64,000 nucleotides of DNA from an uncultured Candidatus Rokubacteria bacterium (GTDB taxonomy: Bacteria > Methylomirabilota > Methylomirabilia > Rokubacteriales > CSP1-6): NCBI GenBank assembly GCA_963754315.1, contig CAVWFS010000008.1, forward strand, positions 160,001 to 224,000, written 5' to 3'. A program made the position numbers and the translations under genes. Below the pieces are notes generated by a model. The model was not told the DNA's origin, searched no databases, and saw nothing but the letters and a program-made list of their open reading frames with translations. Shown here piece by piece: positions 10,359-20,562 of this stretch (position 1 is the first letter of the stretch; every line of letters begins with the position of its first letter).

Positions 10359-11281
10359 GACGTCACTCCCTGGCGCCGCGGCGTACCCACGCGGTGGCTC
10401 CAGAGACCAGCGAGGCCGTGGGGTAGGTAGAGGACGGCCACGATCAGCACGAGGCCGAGAAGCACCAGATAGACGTAAGGGAACTGGAGCCGGAGAAACT
10501 CGGCCAGCAGGCTGAACACGACGGCAGCGATGATGGGACCGCCGAGGCTCATGGCACCGCCGACCATGGCGATGAGCACGGTCTGGAGCCCAATGAATGG
10601 GCTGAAGACGGCGGCCGGATCGATGTAGGTCCAGCGCACAGCCATGGCGGCGCCCACGGCGCCGGCAAACGCGGCGCTGGCCGTGAAGCCTGCCACCTTG
10701 ACCCAGCGTGTCGGCACCCCGAGCGTCTGCGCACGTTGCTCGTCGTCACCGATGCCGTTGAGAGCAAGTCCGAAGCGGCTGCGACGAACCAGCACGGTGG
10801 TGCCGACCGCCGCGGCCGCGATCGCGAGCACCGTGTAGTACACGGTGAGATTCGAAGGCACCACGGTGAGCACGCGCCCGACGGTTCCCGCGTATTGCTT
10901 CTCCCCGTAGGTGATGGCATGGCGTACGAGCTCGCTCAGGCCGAAGGTGAGGACCGCGAAGTAGGTCCCGCGTAGATGCAGGATGGCCGCGCCCGCGAGC
11001 GCGGCGAAGGCCACCGCCACTCCGGCTCCACCGGCAACGACCAACGGCCACGGCAGAACGGTCAGACTCCAGGCGGAGACGTAGGCGCCCAGTCCGAAGA
11101 AGGCCGAGGTTCCGAGCGAGACATAGCGGGTGGCCCCTGAGAACATCGCCCAGCTCGTGGCCAGCGCCACGTACATCAGGCACGACAGCGCGAGAGACAC
11201 GAGAAAGTCCTCGAGCAGGAATGGCAGCAGAGCGGCTATCGCGATACCGGCCGCCCCGGCCACACTCGCTCGCCCTCGCAT
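10355..11281 (-). CDS. Branched-chain amino acid ABC permease (LivM-like)
   Basis: SLGTSAFFGLGAY, LRGTYFAVLT, SRFGLAL; hydrophobic. Confidence 0.9.
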   Translation of the reverse strand: MRGRASVAGAAGIAIAALLPFLLEDFLVSLALSCLMYVALATSWAMFSGATRYVSLGTSAFFGLGAYVSAWSLTVLPWPLVVAGGAGVAVAFAALAGAAILHLRGTYFAVLTFGLSELVRHAITYGEKQYAGTVGRVLTVVPSNLTVYYTVLAIAAAAVGTTVLVRRSRFGLALNGIGDDEQRAQTLGVPTRWVKVAGFTASAAFAGAVGAAMAVRWTYIDPAAVFSPFIGLQTVLIAMVGGAMSLGGPIIAAVVFSLLAEFLRLQFPYVYLVLLGLVLIVAVLYLPHGLAGLWSHRVGTPRRQGVTS

Positions 11282-12150
11282 CAGCGTGCGAACAGGCCGT
11301 TGGGGCGCGTGATCAGTACCAGAATGAAGACGCCGTACGACAGCACCATCTTGAGTGAGGGGCTCGTGAGCTGCATTCCCATGGCTTCGACCACCCCCAG
11401 CAACAACCCTCCGAGCAGGCTGCCCGTGATGCTGCCGAAGCCGCCGAGGGTAATGACGATCAGCGCGCTCACCGTGTACGGTTCCCCCATCGAGGGTGAG
11501 ATCTCGAAGACCATTGACAGGAGGGCCCCGGCGGCGCCGGCCAAGGCGAGACCGAAGCCGAACACCGCGGGGTGCAAGCGGCGAACATCGATGCCGACGA
11601 GGAGCGCACCCGTCGGTGATTGCATCATGGCGCGCACGGCCTTGCCGAGCAACGTCGTCCTGAGGAGCAGGATGAGACCGAGGCTCAGCCCGAGCGCGCC
11701 CCCGAACGCCACCAGCCGATTCGCCGTGAATTCCAGGCCGAGCACCGACACCCGTTCCGTCAAGTACGGATAGCCGCGCAGATCGGCCCCCCAGATCAGC
11801 AGCGCGACGTTCTGGACGAGAAACATGAGGCCGAAGCTGACCAGGAGACTACGCGCCTCGAACGTCTCCACGTCCGGCGTCGTCTCGGCCAGACGGCGAA
11901 AGCAGAGGCGGTGGATGGTGAGACCGACGATGAACAGGCTTCCGAGGACGGCCGGAAGGAAGGCAAAGGGCCCTACCCCGGTCAGCAGGTGGGCCCAGTA
12001 GGTGAGGTAGGCGCCTAGCATCAGGAACTCGCCGTGCGATACGTTCAAGACGCGCAGGAGCCCGTATTGCAGGTTCAATCCAATTGCCACCAAGGCGTAG
12101 ATGCCCCCGGTGATCAGACCGGACACCACCAGTTCGATCCACAGTCTCAT
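11281..12150 (-). CDS. Branched-chain amino acid ABC permease (LivH-like)
   Basis: GGIYALVAIGL, NVSHGEFLMLGAY, LGGFGS, RPNGLF. Confidence 0.9.
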   Translation of the reverse strand: MRLWIELVVSGLITGGIYALVAIGLNLQYGLLRVLNVSHGEFLMLGAYLTYWAHLLTGVGPFAFLPAVLGSLFIVGLTIHRLCFRRLAETTPDVETFEARSLLVSFGLMFLVQNVALLIWGADLRGYPYLTERVSVLGLEFTANRLVAFGGALGLSLGLILLLRTTLLGKAVRAMMQSPTGALLVGIDVRRLHPAVFGFGLALAGAAGALLSMVFEISPSMGEPYTVSALIVITLGGFGSITGSLLGGLLLGVVEAMGMQLTSPSLKMVLSYGVFILVLITRPNGLFAR

Positions 12151-12175
12151 GGTGCGCCGTGGATCGGTGTGGCCG

Positions 12176-13359
12176 TTACTTCCACGCTGGCTTCGGGATC
12201 ACCTGGGTGGCGGTGGCCCGATCGGCCGGCCACACGACTTCGAAGTCACCGGCGACCCACTGGCTCACCGTGCCCGGGAACTGGATCTCCGACCCCTTGA
12301 AGCGCAGGGGGCCGAGGATGGTCGGGTGGTCTCCTCCCGCGATGTAGTCCCGGATCGCCTTGCGGTCGGCGCCGACCTTCTCGATCGCCTGCTGGAGGAT
12401 CTGCAGCCCGGCCCAGGCGTGGGCGCTGGCCCAGCGATCCGGCTCCTTCTGGAAGCGCTTCACGTGCGCCTCGAAATACGCCTTGGCGCCCGGGCTGGTT
12501 TTCACGCTCCACGACCCGATGCCGGTCACGCCATCGGCATCGGCACCCATGACCTGCTTGTAGAGCGGAAAGGCGGTGCCGACCGCCGTGTAGAACACCC
12601 GCGGGTTGAAGGCGATCTCCTTCGACTGCTTGCTGACCAGGATCGTATCGGGTGGATAGGTGAGGCCGACGAAGGCGTCCGGATTCTTGTCCTTGATGCT
12701 ACGGAGGACCGGCGACAGATCCTTGACTCCGAGCGGGTAGCTCTTCTTTTCCACGATCTCGATGCCCTTGGCCTTGACGGCCGGCTCGAAGGCGGCGATG
12801 TTTTCCAGGCCGAACAGATCGTCCATGTAGATGACGGCGACCGTCTTGACGCCGCGGGCGGCCAGCATCTCCGCGGTGGCGTTCATCAACACGTACGCCT
12901 GCGGCAACATGGAGAAGAAGTAGGGCAACTTCATCTCGATCAGTTTCATGGAGAGTGCGGTAGGAGCCAGCACCGGGTAGCCGTGCCGGTTGGCCAGCGG
13001 GGCCACCGCGAAGTTCATGGTCGAGCCCCAGGGGGGAGGATCAGGTCAACCTTGTCGGTCGTCATCAGCTTTTCGAAGGTGCGAACAGCCGTCTCCACCT
13101 CACTGCGGTCGTCGTAGCCGATCAGCTCGATCTTGCGCTTGTGGCCTTTGACGTCGAGTCCGCCAGCGGCGTTCACCTGCTCGGCCCATAGGATGTAGTT
13201 GGGCTCCTGGGTGACCTGGGCGCCCGGCGCGAAGGGGCCGGTGCGGGAGATGGCGTACCCCACCTTGAGGGGCGGACCCTCATGCTGCGCTCCCGCGTTC
13301 AGACTGAGGCCGGCCAGAGCACAGAAAGCAGCGAGCGTGTAGAGCACGGCTCGGATCAT
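12176..13359 (-). pseudogene. LIV-type ABC substrate-binding protein interrupted by a 1-nt deletion (real frameshift or sequencing error)
   Basis: The N-terminal ORF (signal peptide, KVGYAISRTG...KVDLILPP) joins the C-terminal ORF (MNFAVAP...) as LPPWGSTMN if one G is added to the G6 run at 13031-13036. Confidence 0.85.
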
Positions 13360-13534
13360 CGTGACGTCTCCCCTCATCGTGGATGGTGAGCGGACGACCT
13401 CCCGGGAAGCGGCGAGGAACTATCCCTACCGAGGCGAGGCCGGTCCGCGGCCGATTGTGGCATGGGCGACTCTCGTCGACAAGCGCCCGGCCGCGTCATG
13501 GAGCACTACGCAGATGAGAACTCCGAACCTCCAC

Positions 13535-13885
13535 TCACTCGGCTTCCATCAGGTAACTGATCAACCGCCGGATCTTGCCGCCCTGCATCTCGAACACATC
13601 GCAGAACGCCAGGTTCAAGACGGTGCCGTCTCTTCGCTGCGTGCGTACCGATCCCTCCGTGACCACGACATCGTCATCTTCTAACAGACGTGTCACGGTG
13701 ATCGCGGGGCTGCCAACAAAGCCATCGTCTTCGATCTGCTTGTCGAACGCGTCCTTGCCCCGCACGTGGAAGACCCCCGGGATCTCCCACTCAACGTCGT
13801 CCGTCAGACACGACAGAATCTGGTCATGGTCGCTTCTTCTGAAGCCGTCCATGTACCTCCGTACCGTCGTCTTGTTTTCCGTCAT
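13535..13885 (-). CDS. SnoaL-like / NTF2-family protein
   Basis: MTENKTTVRRY...LTDDVEW...FCDVFEMQGGKIRRLISY; ATGA overlap with the upstream gene. Confidence 0.85.
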   Translation of the reverse strand: MTENKTTVRRYMDGFRRSDHDQILSCLTDDVEWEIPGVFHVRGKDAFDKQIEDDGFVGSPAITVTRLLEDDDVVVTEGSVRTQRRDGTVLNLAFCDVFEMQGGKIRRLISYLMEAE

Positions 13886-14226
13886 GGCTGACCTCCGACC
13901 CAGCGCGGGAGCAATACGATCAGGAGCCAGATGGTCGAAGCGACGGCCAGCGTGACCAGGAACCCCCACTCCTGTCGGAAACCGATCCAGCATGCCAACA
14001 CGAAGACTAAACTCGCGCAAGCGCCGATGACCATGGTCCCGACAAAGTCGGCGGTCTGGCGCTGGTCGCCCCTACTCGAGGCGAACACAATCCACATGGC
14101 CAGGGGAGCCGTGAGGGGCATGGTGGCAATGATGGCGGCGAGAGGGCGAGAACGTTCCTGAACCACGGCCACCAGAATGACAATCAGCACTGACAACGCT
14201 ACGGTCACCGCTCGTTCCGACATCAC
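13882..14226 (-). CDS. Small 4-TM membrane protein (DUF3147-like)
   Basis: Hydrophobic 114 aa with an ERS-x-x-LAAIIATMPLT motif. Confidence 0.6.
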   Translation of the reverse strand: MMSERAVTVALSVLIVILVAVVQERSRPLAAIIATMPLTAPLAMWIVFASSRGDQRQTADFVGTMVIGACASLVFVLACWIGFRQEWGFLVTLAVASTIWLLIVLLPRWVGGQP

Positions 14227-14289
14227 GGGTGTGTTACTCCTTCCGAGTCACGCGCCTCATCACCGTCCGTCCAGGTCACCGATCGCGAC

Positions 14290-15129
14290 CTAGCGCGGCG
14301 TATCTCCAGCCAGCGTGATCCGGTGCATCAGGCGGCGGTAGCCGTGATAGTCGTTGATCGGATTGTGCTGGACGCAGCGGTTGTCCCACAGGGCCAGCGA
14401 CTCCGGCGCCCACACGAAACGACAGGTATGCTCGGGCCGAACCTGGTGCTGATACAGGTAGGTGAGCAGCGGGGCACTCTCCTCCTCGGTCATGTCCACG
14501 AAGCGGCTGGTGTGGGCGACGTTGACATAGAGTGCCTTGCGACCCGTTTCGGGATGGGTGCGCACCACGGGGTGCTCCGCCACGTATTCCGTGCGGGTGA
14601 CCTCGCGCCCACCGGCCTTGACCCGGTCTTCGCGGGTGCGCGTCACGTCGGCTCGGGCCGACGAATTCACGGCTCGCAGGTCTGCGAGTAAGCGTTTCAA
14701 CCCGTCTGACAAGGCCTCGTAGGCGAGGTACATGTTGGCGAACAGGGTATCGCCGCCCACCGGCGGCACCTCGCGTGCCAGCAGCATGCTGGCCATGGGC
14801 GGTGCGGACAGATACGCGGTGTCGGAATGCCAGATGCCACCGAAGTTGATCCGCTCGTGCTCCAGCTTCTTGACCTCGATGATGTCGGGGAATCCGTCTA
14901 TGCCCCTGACGAAGGGATACTCGATCGGCGTGCCGAGCGAGCGAGCGAAGGTGAGGAACTGGGCCGGGGTGAGGGGCTGATCCCGGAAGAAGACCACCAG
15001 GTGGTCGAGCCAGGCGGCGCGAATCTCGGCCAGCTGCTCGGCATCGAGCGGTTTCGCCAGATCAGCGCCCTCGATCTCGGCCCCGAGCGCGCCGGCGATA
15101 CGCCGTACACGGATCGTCCTGTATGACAT
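14290..15129 (-). CDS. TauD/TfdA family Fe(II)/2-oxoglutarate dioxygenase
   Basis: LGAEIEG, WHSD, GGDTLF, HPVVRTHPETGRKALYVN, WDNRCVQH, MHRITL. Confidence 0.93.
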   Translation of the reverse strand: MSYRTIRVRRIAGALGAEIEGADLAKPLDAEQLAEIRAAWLDHLVVFFRDQPLTPAQFLTFARSLGTPIEYPFVRGIDGFPDIIEVKKLEHERINFGGIWHSDTAYLSAPPMASMLLAREVPPVGGDTLFANMYLAYEALSDGLKRLLADLRAVNSSARADVTRTREDRVKAGGREVTRTEYVAEHPVVRTHPETGRKALYVNVAHTSRFVDMTEEESAPLLTYLYQHQVRPEHTCRFVWAPESLALWDNRCVQHNPINDYHGYRRLMHRITLAGDTPR

Positions 15130-15141
15130 GCCGGCGCCGAG

Positions 15142-16035
15142 TCAGTCCAGGCGCGTCCGGATGTAGCGGCCGATACCGTCGACGGCGGCCTTGGCCTCAT
15201 CCAGCCACGGCAGGAACCAGTGCCAGACGTGGATCATGTCCGGCCACACTTCGAGCTCGACCTTTCCACCGGCCGTCCGCGTGTGGGCAGCGAGCTGAGT
15301 CGAATCGTCGAGCAGCACCTCGTCGCTGCCCACGTGAATCAGCAGGGGCGGAAGCCCGGAGAGATCGGCGAACAGCGGCGAAGCCAAGGGCGTCTTCGCA
15401 TCGGCGCCGCCGAGATAGTGCTGCGCCATCAGCAGCACGCCCTGGCGCTTGACGATCGGATCATGCGTGGCCTTGGTGTCGTAGCTGGCCCCGCCGCACG
15501 TAAGGTCGACCCAAGGGGAAATGCACACGCCGGCCGCTGGGAGGGCCAGACCGCGCTGGCGCAGGGCAAGCAGCGTGGCCACCACGAGACCACCGCCCGC
15601 GGAGTCACCGGCGACGACGATTCGTCCGGCCTCGACCCCGCGCTCCAGCAGCCATCGATACGCCGAGACGGCATCGTCCACCGCCGCCGGGAAGGGATGT
15701 TCAGGCGCCAACCGGTAGTCAGGAAACAGACATGCCATTCCCGCCGCTGCGGCGATTGCGCCGGCCAGATGCCGATGAGAGCGGGCAGACCCGATGACAT
15801 AGCCGCCGCCGTGCAAGTAGAGCAGGGCGGCATCGGTGCTGGCCATCGGCGTCCGCAGCCACTCGGCCGGCCGGCCCCCAGCCTGAACCGATTCCACCGC
15901 CATCTCGGGTGGAAGCGCGAATACCTTCTCGGCGCGGTCGTATTGCTGTCGGCGCTCGGCAATCGTCATGGTTTCCGGCGCCGGAAGCTTGCCCAAATGC
16001 GCACGCACCGCGCCGATGCCGTGAATCGTGCTCAT
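15142..16035 (-). CDS. Alpha/beta hydrolase, hormone-sensitive-lipase-family esterase
   Basis: HGGG oxyanion motif, YRLAPEHPFPA, GDSAGG, E(VLLDD), HVW. Confidence 0.92.
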   Translation of the reverse strand: MSTIHGIGAVRAHLGKLPAPETMTIAERRQQYDRAEKVFALPPEMAVESVQAGGRPAEWLRTPMASTDAALLYLHGGGYVIGSARSHRHLAGAIAAAAGMACLFPDYRLAPEHPFPAAVDDAVSAYRWLLERGVEAGRIVVAGDSAGGGLVVATLLALRQRGLALPAAGVCISPWVDLTCGGASYDTKATHDPIVKRQGVLLMAQHYLGGADAKTPLASPLFADLSGLPPLLIHVGSDEVLLDDSTQLAAHTRTAGGKVELEVWPDMIHVWHWFLPWLDEAKAAVDGIGRYIRTRLD

Positions 16036-16165
16036 CGCTGCACTCCTCTGGGGTTCTCGTGGGAACCCGGGTTCTATGCTGCACGCGTCACGATCACTCC
16101 TTGCTCGCCCCCGCCCGGCATCGATAGTACCGCAGCCCGAGCCACGCAAACCCTGCTGGCGCTCC

Positions 16166-17872
16166 TTACAGAGTTTGCGCCCGCGCGCGCAGCTCGTATT
16201 TCTGGATCTTGCCGGTGGCCGTGGTGGGCAGCGGCCCGAAGATCACCGTGCGCGGCGTCGCGAAGTGCGGGAGATGATCACGGGCGAAAGCCATGAGCTC
16301 TGCCTCCGTCGCCTGCATGCCTGGCCGCAGCTCGACGAAGGCGCATGGAGTCTCTCCCCATTTCGCATCGGGGCGCGCCACCACCGCGGCCAGGGCCACC
16401 GCCGGATGGCGGAGGAGCGCCGCTTCCACCTCGATCGACGCGATGTTCTCGCCGCCCGAAATGATGATGTCCTTCAGCCGATCCTTGATCTCGACGTAGC
16501 CGTCGGGGTGCTGAACGGCCAGGTCGCCCGTGTGAAACCAGCCCCCCGCGAAGGCGGCATCGGTAGCCGCGCGGTCTTTCAGGTACCCGAGCATGACCGT
16601 ATTGCCGCGGAGCATGATTTCACCCGTGGTTCGGCCGTCGGGGACGACCGGAGCCAAGGTCCGCTGGTCGGCGACCATTTGGCCTTCGACGACGTGATAT
16701 CGCACTCCCTGTTTGGCCTGGCGAACAGCCTGCTCCTCCGGACCGAGGGCGGCCCAGTCGTCTTGCCATGCGCAGAGTGTCGAGGGACCGAGGACTTCGG
16801 TGAGCCCGTAGATGTGCTGGACGCGGAAGCCCATCTCGCCCATGGCCCGGATGATCTTGGCAGGAGGGGCCGCCCCGCCGGTCTGGATGTCCACCACGTG
16901 ATCGAAGCGCGCCTTGTGCTCGTCCGGCGCGTTGATGAGCATGCTGAGCACGGTGGGCGCCCCGACCATGTTCGTCACGCGGTGGACAGCGATGAGACGA
17001 AAGATCAGAGCGGGGTCCACCCGCCGCAGACACACGTGGGTTCCGGCCATGGCGGTAACCGACCACGGAAAGCACCAGCCGTTCGCGTGGAATATGGGGA
17101 GCGTCCAGAGGTAGACGCATCCCGGTGGCAAGTGCCACGAGAGAATGTGGCCAATGGTCTCCATGTACGTCCCACGGTGATGGAAGACCACGCCCTTTGG
17201 CTGCCCCGTCGTCCCCGACGTGTAGTTGAGGGCGATCGGTTGCCACTCATCAGCGAGGGGAACTGGTTCGAAGTCGGCAGACCCCTCGGCCAGGAGCTCC
17301 TCGTACTCGGCCTCGCCGAGGCGCTCTCCGGGCCCGCTGTAAAGTGGGTCATCGACGTCGATGACGAGCAACGGCCGGCCCAGCTGGCGAAGGGCGGAGC
17401 CCACGGTCGGCGCGTACTCCCGATCGGTGATGAGCACCTTTGCCTCGCCGTGGTCGAGGATGTAGGCGATGGTGCGAGCGTCGAGGCGCACGTTGATCGC
17501 GTTGAGCACGGCGCCGAGCAGCGGCACGCTCTCGTGCACTTCCAGCATCGCCGGAACATTGGGGAGCACCACCGAGACCGTGTCCCCCACGCCGATGCCC
17601 CGCGCCGCAAGCGCGGAGGCGAGCCGCCGGGTGCGCGCATGGTACTCCCGGTACGTGATGCGCCGTTCGCCATGCACGATCGCCGTCCGCTGGGGATAGA
17701 CCGCCGCCGTGCGCGGCAGGAAGCTGATCGGGGTGAGAGGGACGAAGTTCGCGGCCGTGGGGCCCAGACCGGTCCGAGACACGCGTCGCCTCGTCCGGTC
17801 CCCCTCCCCCGAGGGCACTGCCCTTCTCGAACTCGTTACTCTTGCCCCACTGTTCCGCGTCGACTTCGCCAT
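16166..17872 (-). CDS. Acyl-CoA synthetase (AMP-binding enzyme)
   Basis: YTSGTTGQPKG, YGLTE, FHTGDL, DRLKDIIISGGENI, TATGKIQK. Confidence 0.93.
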   Translation of the reverse strand: MAKSTRNSGARVTSSRRAVPSGEGDRTRRRVSRTGLGPTAANFVPLTPISFLPRTAAVYPQRTAIVHGERRITYREYHARTRRLASALAARGIGVGDTVSVVLPNVPAMLEVHESVPLLGAVLNAINVRLDARTIAYILDHGEAKVLITDREYAPTVGSALRQLGRPLLVIDVDDPLYSGPGERLGEAEYEELLAEGSADFEPVPLADEWQPIALNYTSGTTGQPKGVVFHHRGTYMETIGHILSWHLPPGCVYLWTLPIFHANGWCFPWSVTAMAGTHVCLRRVDPALIFRLIAVHRVTNMVGAPTVLSMLINAPDEHKARFDHVVDIQTGGAAPPAKIIRAMGEMGFRVQHIYGLTEVLGPSTLCAWQDDWAALGPEEQAVRQAKQGVRYHVVEGQMVADQRTLAPVVPDGRTTGEIMLRGNTVMLGYLKDRAATDAAFAGGWFHTGDLAVQHPDGYVEIKDRLKDIIISGGENIASIEVEAALLRHPAVALAAVVARPDAKWGETPCAFVELRPGMQATEAELMAFARDHLPHFATPRTVIFGPLPTTATGKIQKYELRARAQTL

Positions 17873-18021
17873 GAGCCGCCTCCTGCCGCCGTCGGCTGAC
17901 GGCGATGATACCGCCCGCGGCGCGGGTTGATCGGATCTCCCACCGCCTGCGCCTTGCCCGCACGCGTTGGCCGACGCCTATAATCGAGCCCGTCACTCTT
18001 TCCACCAGGTGGAGGACGAGC

Positions 18022-18813
18022 ATGGAGACTGGGCTTCGAGGAAAGATCGCCATGGTGTCGGGCGCGAGCAAGGGCATCGGCCGCGCCGTTGCTGAGAAGC
18101 TCGCCGCCGAAGGGACGAGCCTCTCGCTCTGTGCGCGTAGTGAGGCCCAGCTCCGCGCGGTCACCGATGAGATCGAGACCAAGCACGGCGTCACCTGCCT
18201 CGCCTGCCCGGCCGACCTCAGCCGGGCGGAGGGCATCCAGGACTGGGTGCGCGCCACCCTGGCCAGGTTCGGGAGCATCGACATCCTCGTGAACAACGCG
18301 GGCGCAGCTCAAGGCGGCCCCTTCCTCTCGTTGGCCGACCAGGTGTGGCTCGACAGCTGGCAGCTCAAGCTCTTCGGCTACATCCGGGTCGCCCGGGAGG
18401 TCTTCCCCCATCTCGTCAAACGCGGCGGCGGCCGGATCGTGAACGTGATCGGCATCGCCGGCGTTCAGCCCATGGAAAACTACATGATCGGCGGTGCCGC
18501 CAACGCCGCGCTCCTCAACTTCACCAAAGCGCTCGCCGACGAGGGCGCTCCTCACGGCATCCTCGTGACGGGCGTGAACCCGGGGCCGATCCGCACCGAG
18601 CGCTGGGCAGGGATTCTGACGAAGTGGGGCGCGGCGAAGGGCGTAACGGCGGCGGAGGCGGAGCGGGACATCCTGAGGGGTGTGCCGCTGCGCCGGCCCG
18701 GAGAGGCGAATGAGGTCGCTAATCTCGTCGTATTCCTGGCTTCGGAGCTCTCGGGTTACATCACCGGAACCACCATCGCCGTGGACGGTGGCATGACGCG
18801 AACCATATTCTGA
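18022..18813 (+). CDS. Short-chain dehydrogenase/reductase
   Basis: GASKGIG, NNAG, NPGPIRT, VDGG; atypical active site (GAAN in place of YxxxK). GGAGG RBS before ATG 18022. Confidence 0.88.
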   Translation: METGLRGKIAMVSGASKGIGRAVAEKLAAEGTSLSLCARSEAQLRAVTDEIETKHGVTCLACPADLSRAEGIQDWVRATLARFGSIDILVNNAGAAQGGPFLSLADQVWLDSWQLKLFGYIRVAREVFPHLVKRGGGRIVNVIGIAGVQPMENYMIGGAANAALLNFTKALADEGAPHGILVTGVNPGPIRTERWAGILTKWGAAKGVTAAEAERDILRGVPLRRPGEANEVANLVVFLASELSGYITGTTIAVDGGMTRTIF

Positions 18814-18833
18814 TCTCGAGGGGGACCTCAGCC

Positions 18834-20558
18834 TTAGACCCGGAATAGCGCGCCCAACCTGCGGCCGAGGATCGCGCTCGCGCCGATGATGGTCACGGCC
18901 AGGAAGGCCATGGCCCACACGCCGAGGGCGCTGGCGACATAGGCGCCTGTCCCGATCAGCTGGAACAGCTCGTAAATGGTCTTGGTGATCGGGTAGCTGT
19001 CTTGGCGCTGGGCGAGCATGAGGCTATCGCTCACCTCTAGCATGCTGAAGGCAAAGGCCAGGAGGATACCGCCAATGATGTTGGCGGTGATCAACGGCAT
19101 TGTGATTCGACGCAGGGTGGTGAAAGAGCGCGCGCCGAGGTTGGTCGCGGCCTCTTCCAGGGTGACGCTCGTCTGCTGCAACCCGGCCACCGCGCTCCGA
19201 ACCATGTAGGGGAGCCGCCGAATCGCGTAGGCCAGGGCCAGAAACAGCGTGGGGTTGGTCTGCACGTCGACAAGCTGACGGAGGAAGATGCTGTCCTTCA
19301 CGACATCCAGGCGTGCGAGCCAGGCGCTGACGGATAGGTACCCGAACGCGATCACCAGTCCCGGTACGGCAAGAGGCAGCATGGCCACGCTGTCGAGAAA
19401 GCCACGGACGGGGAGATCACTGCGGACGACGACCAGGGCAATGGTCAGGCCAAGAATCAGATCCACCCCGACGGCCAGCGAGGCGTACAGGAGGCTGTTC
19501 TTGATGCTGAGGACCGTCAGCGGGTGGCCCAGGGCGTCGGCGTAGTTCTCCATCGTGAAGGCTTGGGGGAGCACCGAGCGATACCAGGTGCCCGGCACGG
19601 CGAAGCTAGTCAGGATGACCCCCAGGTGTGGAATCAGAGCCGCGCCGGTGACCGTCGCAAACGCCAACGGTACGCCGATGCGCCCCACAAGGCCGAGGGG
19701 GACCGGGGCGGCGGCGACGGGGGCATCGGCCTGCAGCGCGTAGTGCCCGCCGCCGAGCACGACCCGAGCGAGCGAGTACAGGAGCACGCTCGCCCCCAGC
19801 ATCACGAAGACGAGGGCGTACGGAAATGGGTTGGTCCCAATTTCCTTGAGGGCATCGAAGATCTGCACGGGTGTGCAGCGCGTGTACCCCATGATCAACG
19901 GTGTGCCAAGCTCCGTGAAGGCCCACACGAACACAATGGTGGCGCCCGCGAAGAGGCCGGGCATGATCAGGGGGAGGGTGATCCGGCGAAATCGGGTGAC
20001 ACCGCGCGCGCCGAGATTGGCGGCAACCTGCTCCATGGCCGGATCGACATGGCCGAGCGCCGCCACCACGCTTAGGTACATGACCGGGTACAGCGACAGC
20101 GCCTGCAAGGTGATGACGCCCCAGTAGCCAGCCTGCCCCACGACGTCGATCGGCCCGAGACCGGTCCAGCGCGCGAGAAGCACGTTGAACGAGCCGTAGA
20201 CGCCGAAGATCTGCTGGAAGCCGATGGCGCCCACGAAGGGCGGCAGGATCATGGGCACCAGGAGCAGTGCCTGCAAGATCGGCTTGCCCGGGAACTGGTA
20301 TCGGTTGGCCATCCAGGCCAGCGGCACCGCGATGAGCAGGACGAGCGTCGTCGTCCCCACCGCGATCCTGAGGCTCCGGATCAGACCCTCGACGTACACA
20401 GGATTCTGAAAGACGCCGGCCAGGAAGCGCAAGGTGAAGCGGCCATCTTCCAGGAACCCGCCACGGATGACCCAGGCCAGGGGCCAAAGAAGGGCAACGC
20501 CAAAGACGCCGAGGATCGCAATGCTGATGAGCCAGGCGGTGGAGCGGCGCATGGCCAT
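18834..20558 (-). CDS. Fe3+/thiamine-type ABC transporter permease (FbpB-like, duplicated domain)
   Basis: Two EAA loops (MEQVAANLGA, LEEAATNLGA); about 12 TM segments. Confidence 0.88.
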   Translation of the reverse strand: MAMRRSTAWLISIAILGVFGVALLWPLAWVIRGGFLEDGRFTLRFLAGVFQNPVYVEGLIRSLRIAVGTTTLVLLIAVPLAWMANRYQFPGKPILQALLLVPMILPPFVGAIGFQQIFGVYGSFNVLLARWTGLGPIDVVGQAGYWGVITLQALSLYPVMYLSVVAALGHVDPAMEQVAANLGARGVTRFRRITLPLIMPGLFAGATIVFVWAFTELGTPLIMGYTRCTPVQIFDALKEIGTNPFPYALVFVMLGASVLLYSLARVVLGGGHYALQADAPVAAAPVPLGLVGRIGVPLAFATVTGAALIPHLGVILTSFAVPGTWYRSVLPQAFTMENYADALGHPLTVLSIKNSLLYASLAVGVDLILGLTIALVVVRSDLPVRGFLDSVAMLPLAVPGLVIAFGYLSVSAWLARLDVVKDSIFLRQLVDVQTNPTLFLALAYAIRRLPYMVRSAVAGLQQTSVTLEEAATNLGARSFTTLRRITMPLITANIIGGILLAFAFSMLEVSDSLMLAQRQDSYPITKTIYELFQLIGTGAYVASALGVWAMAFLAVTIIGASAILGRRLGALFRV

Positions 20559-20562
20559 CGCC

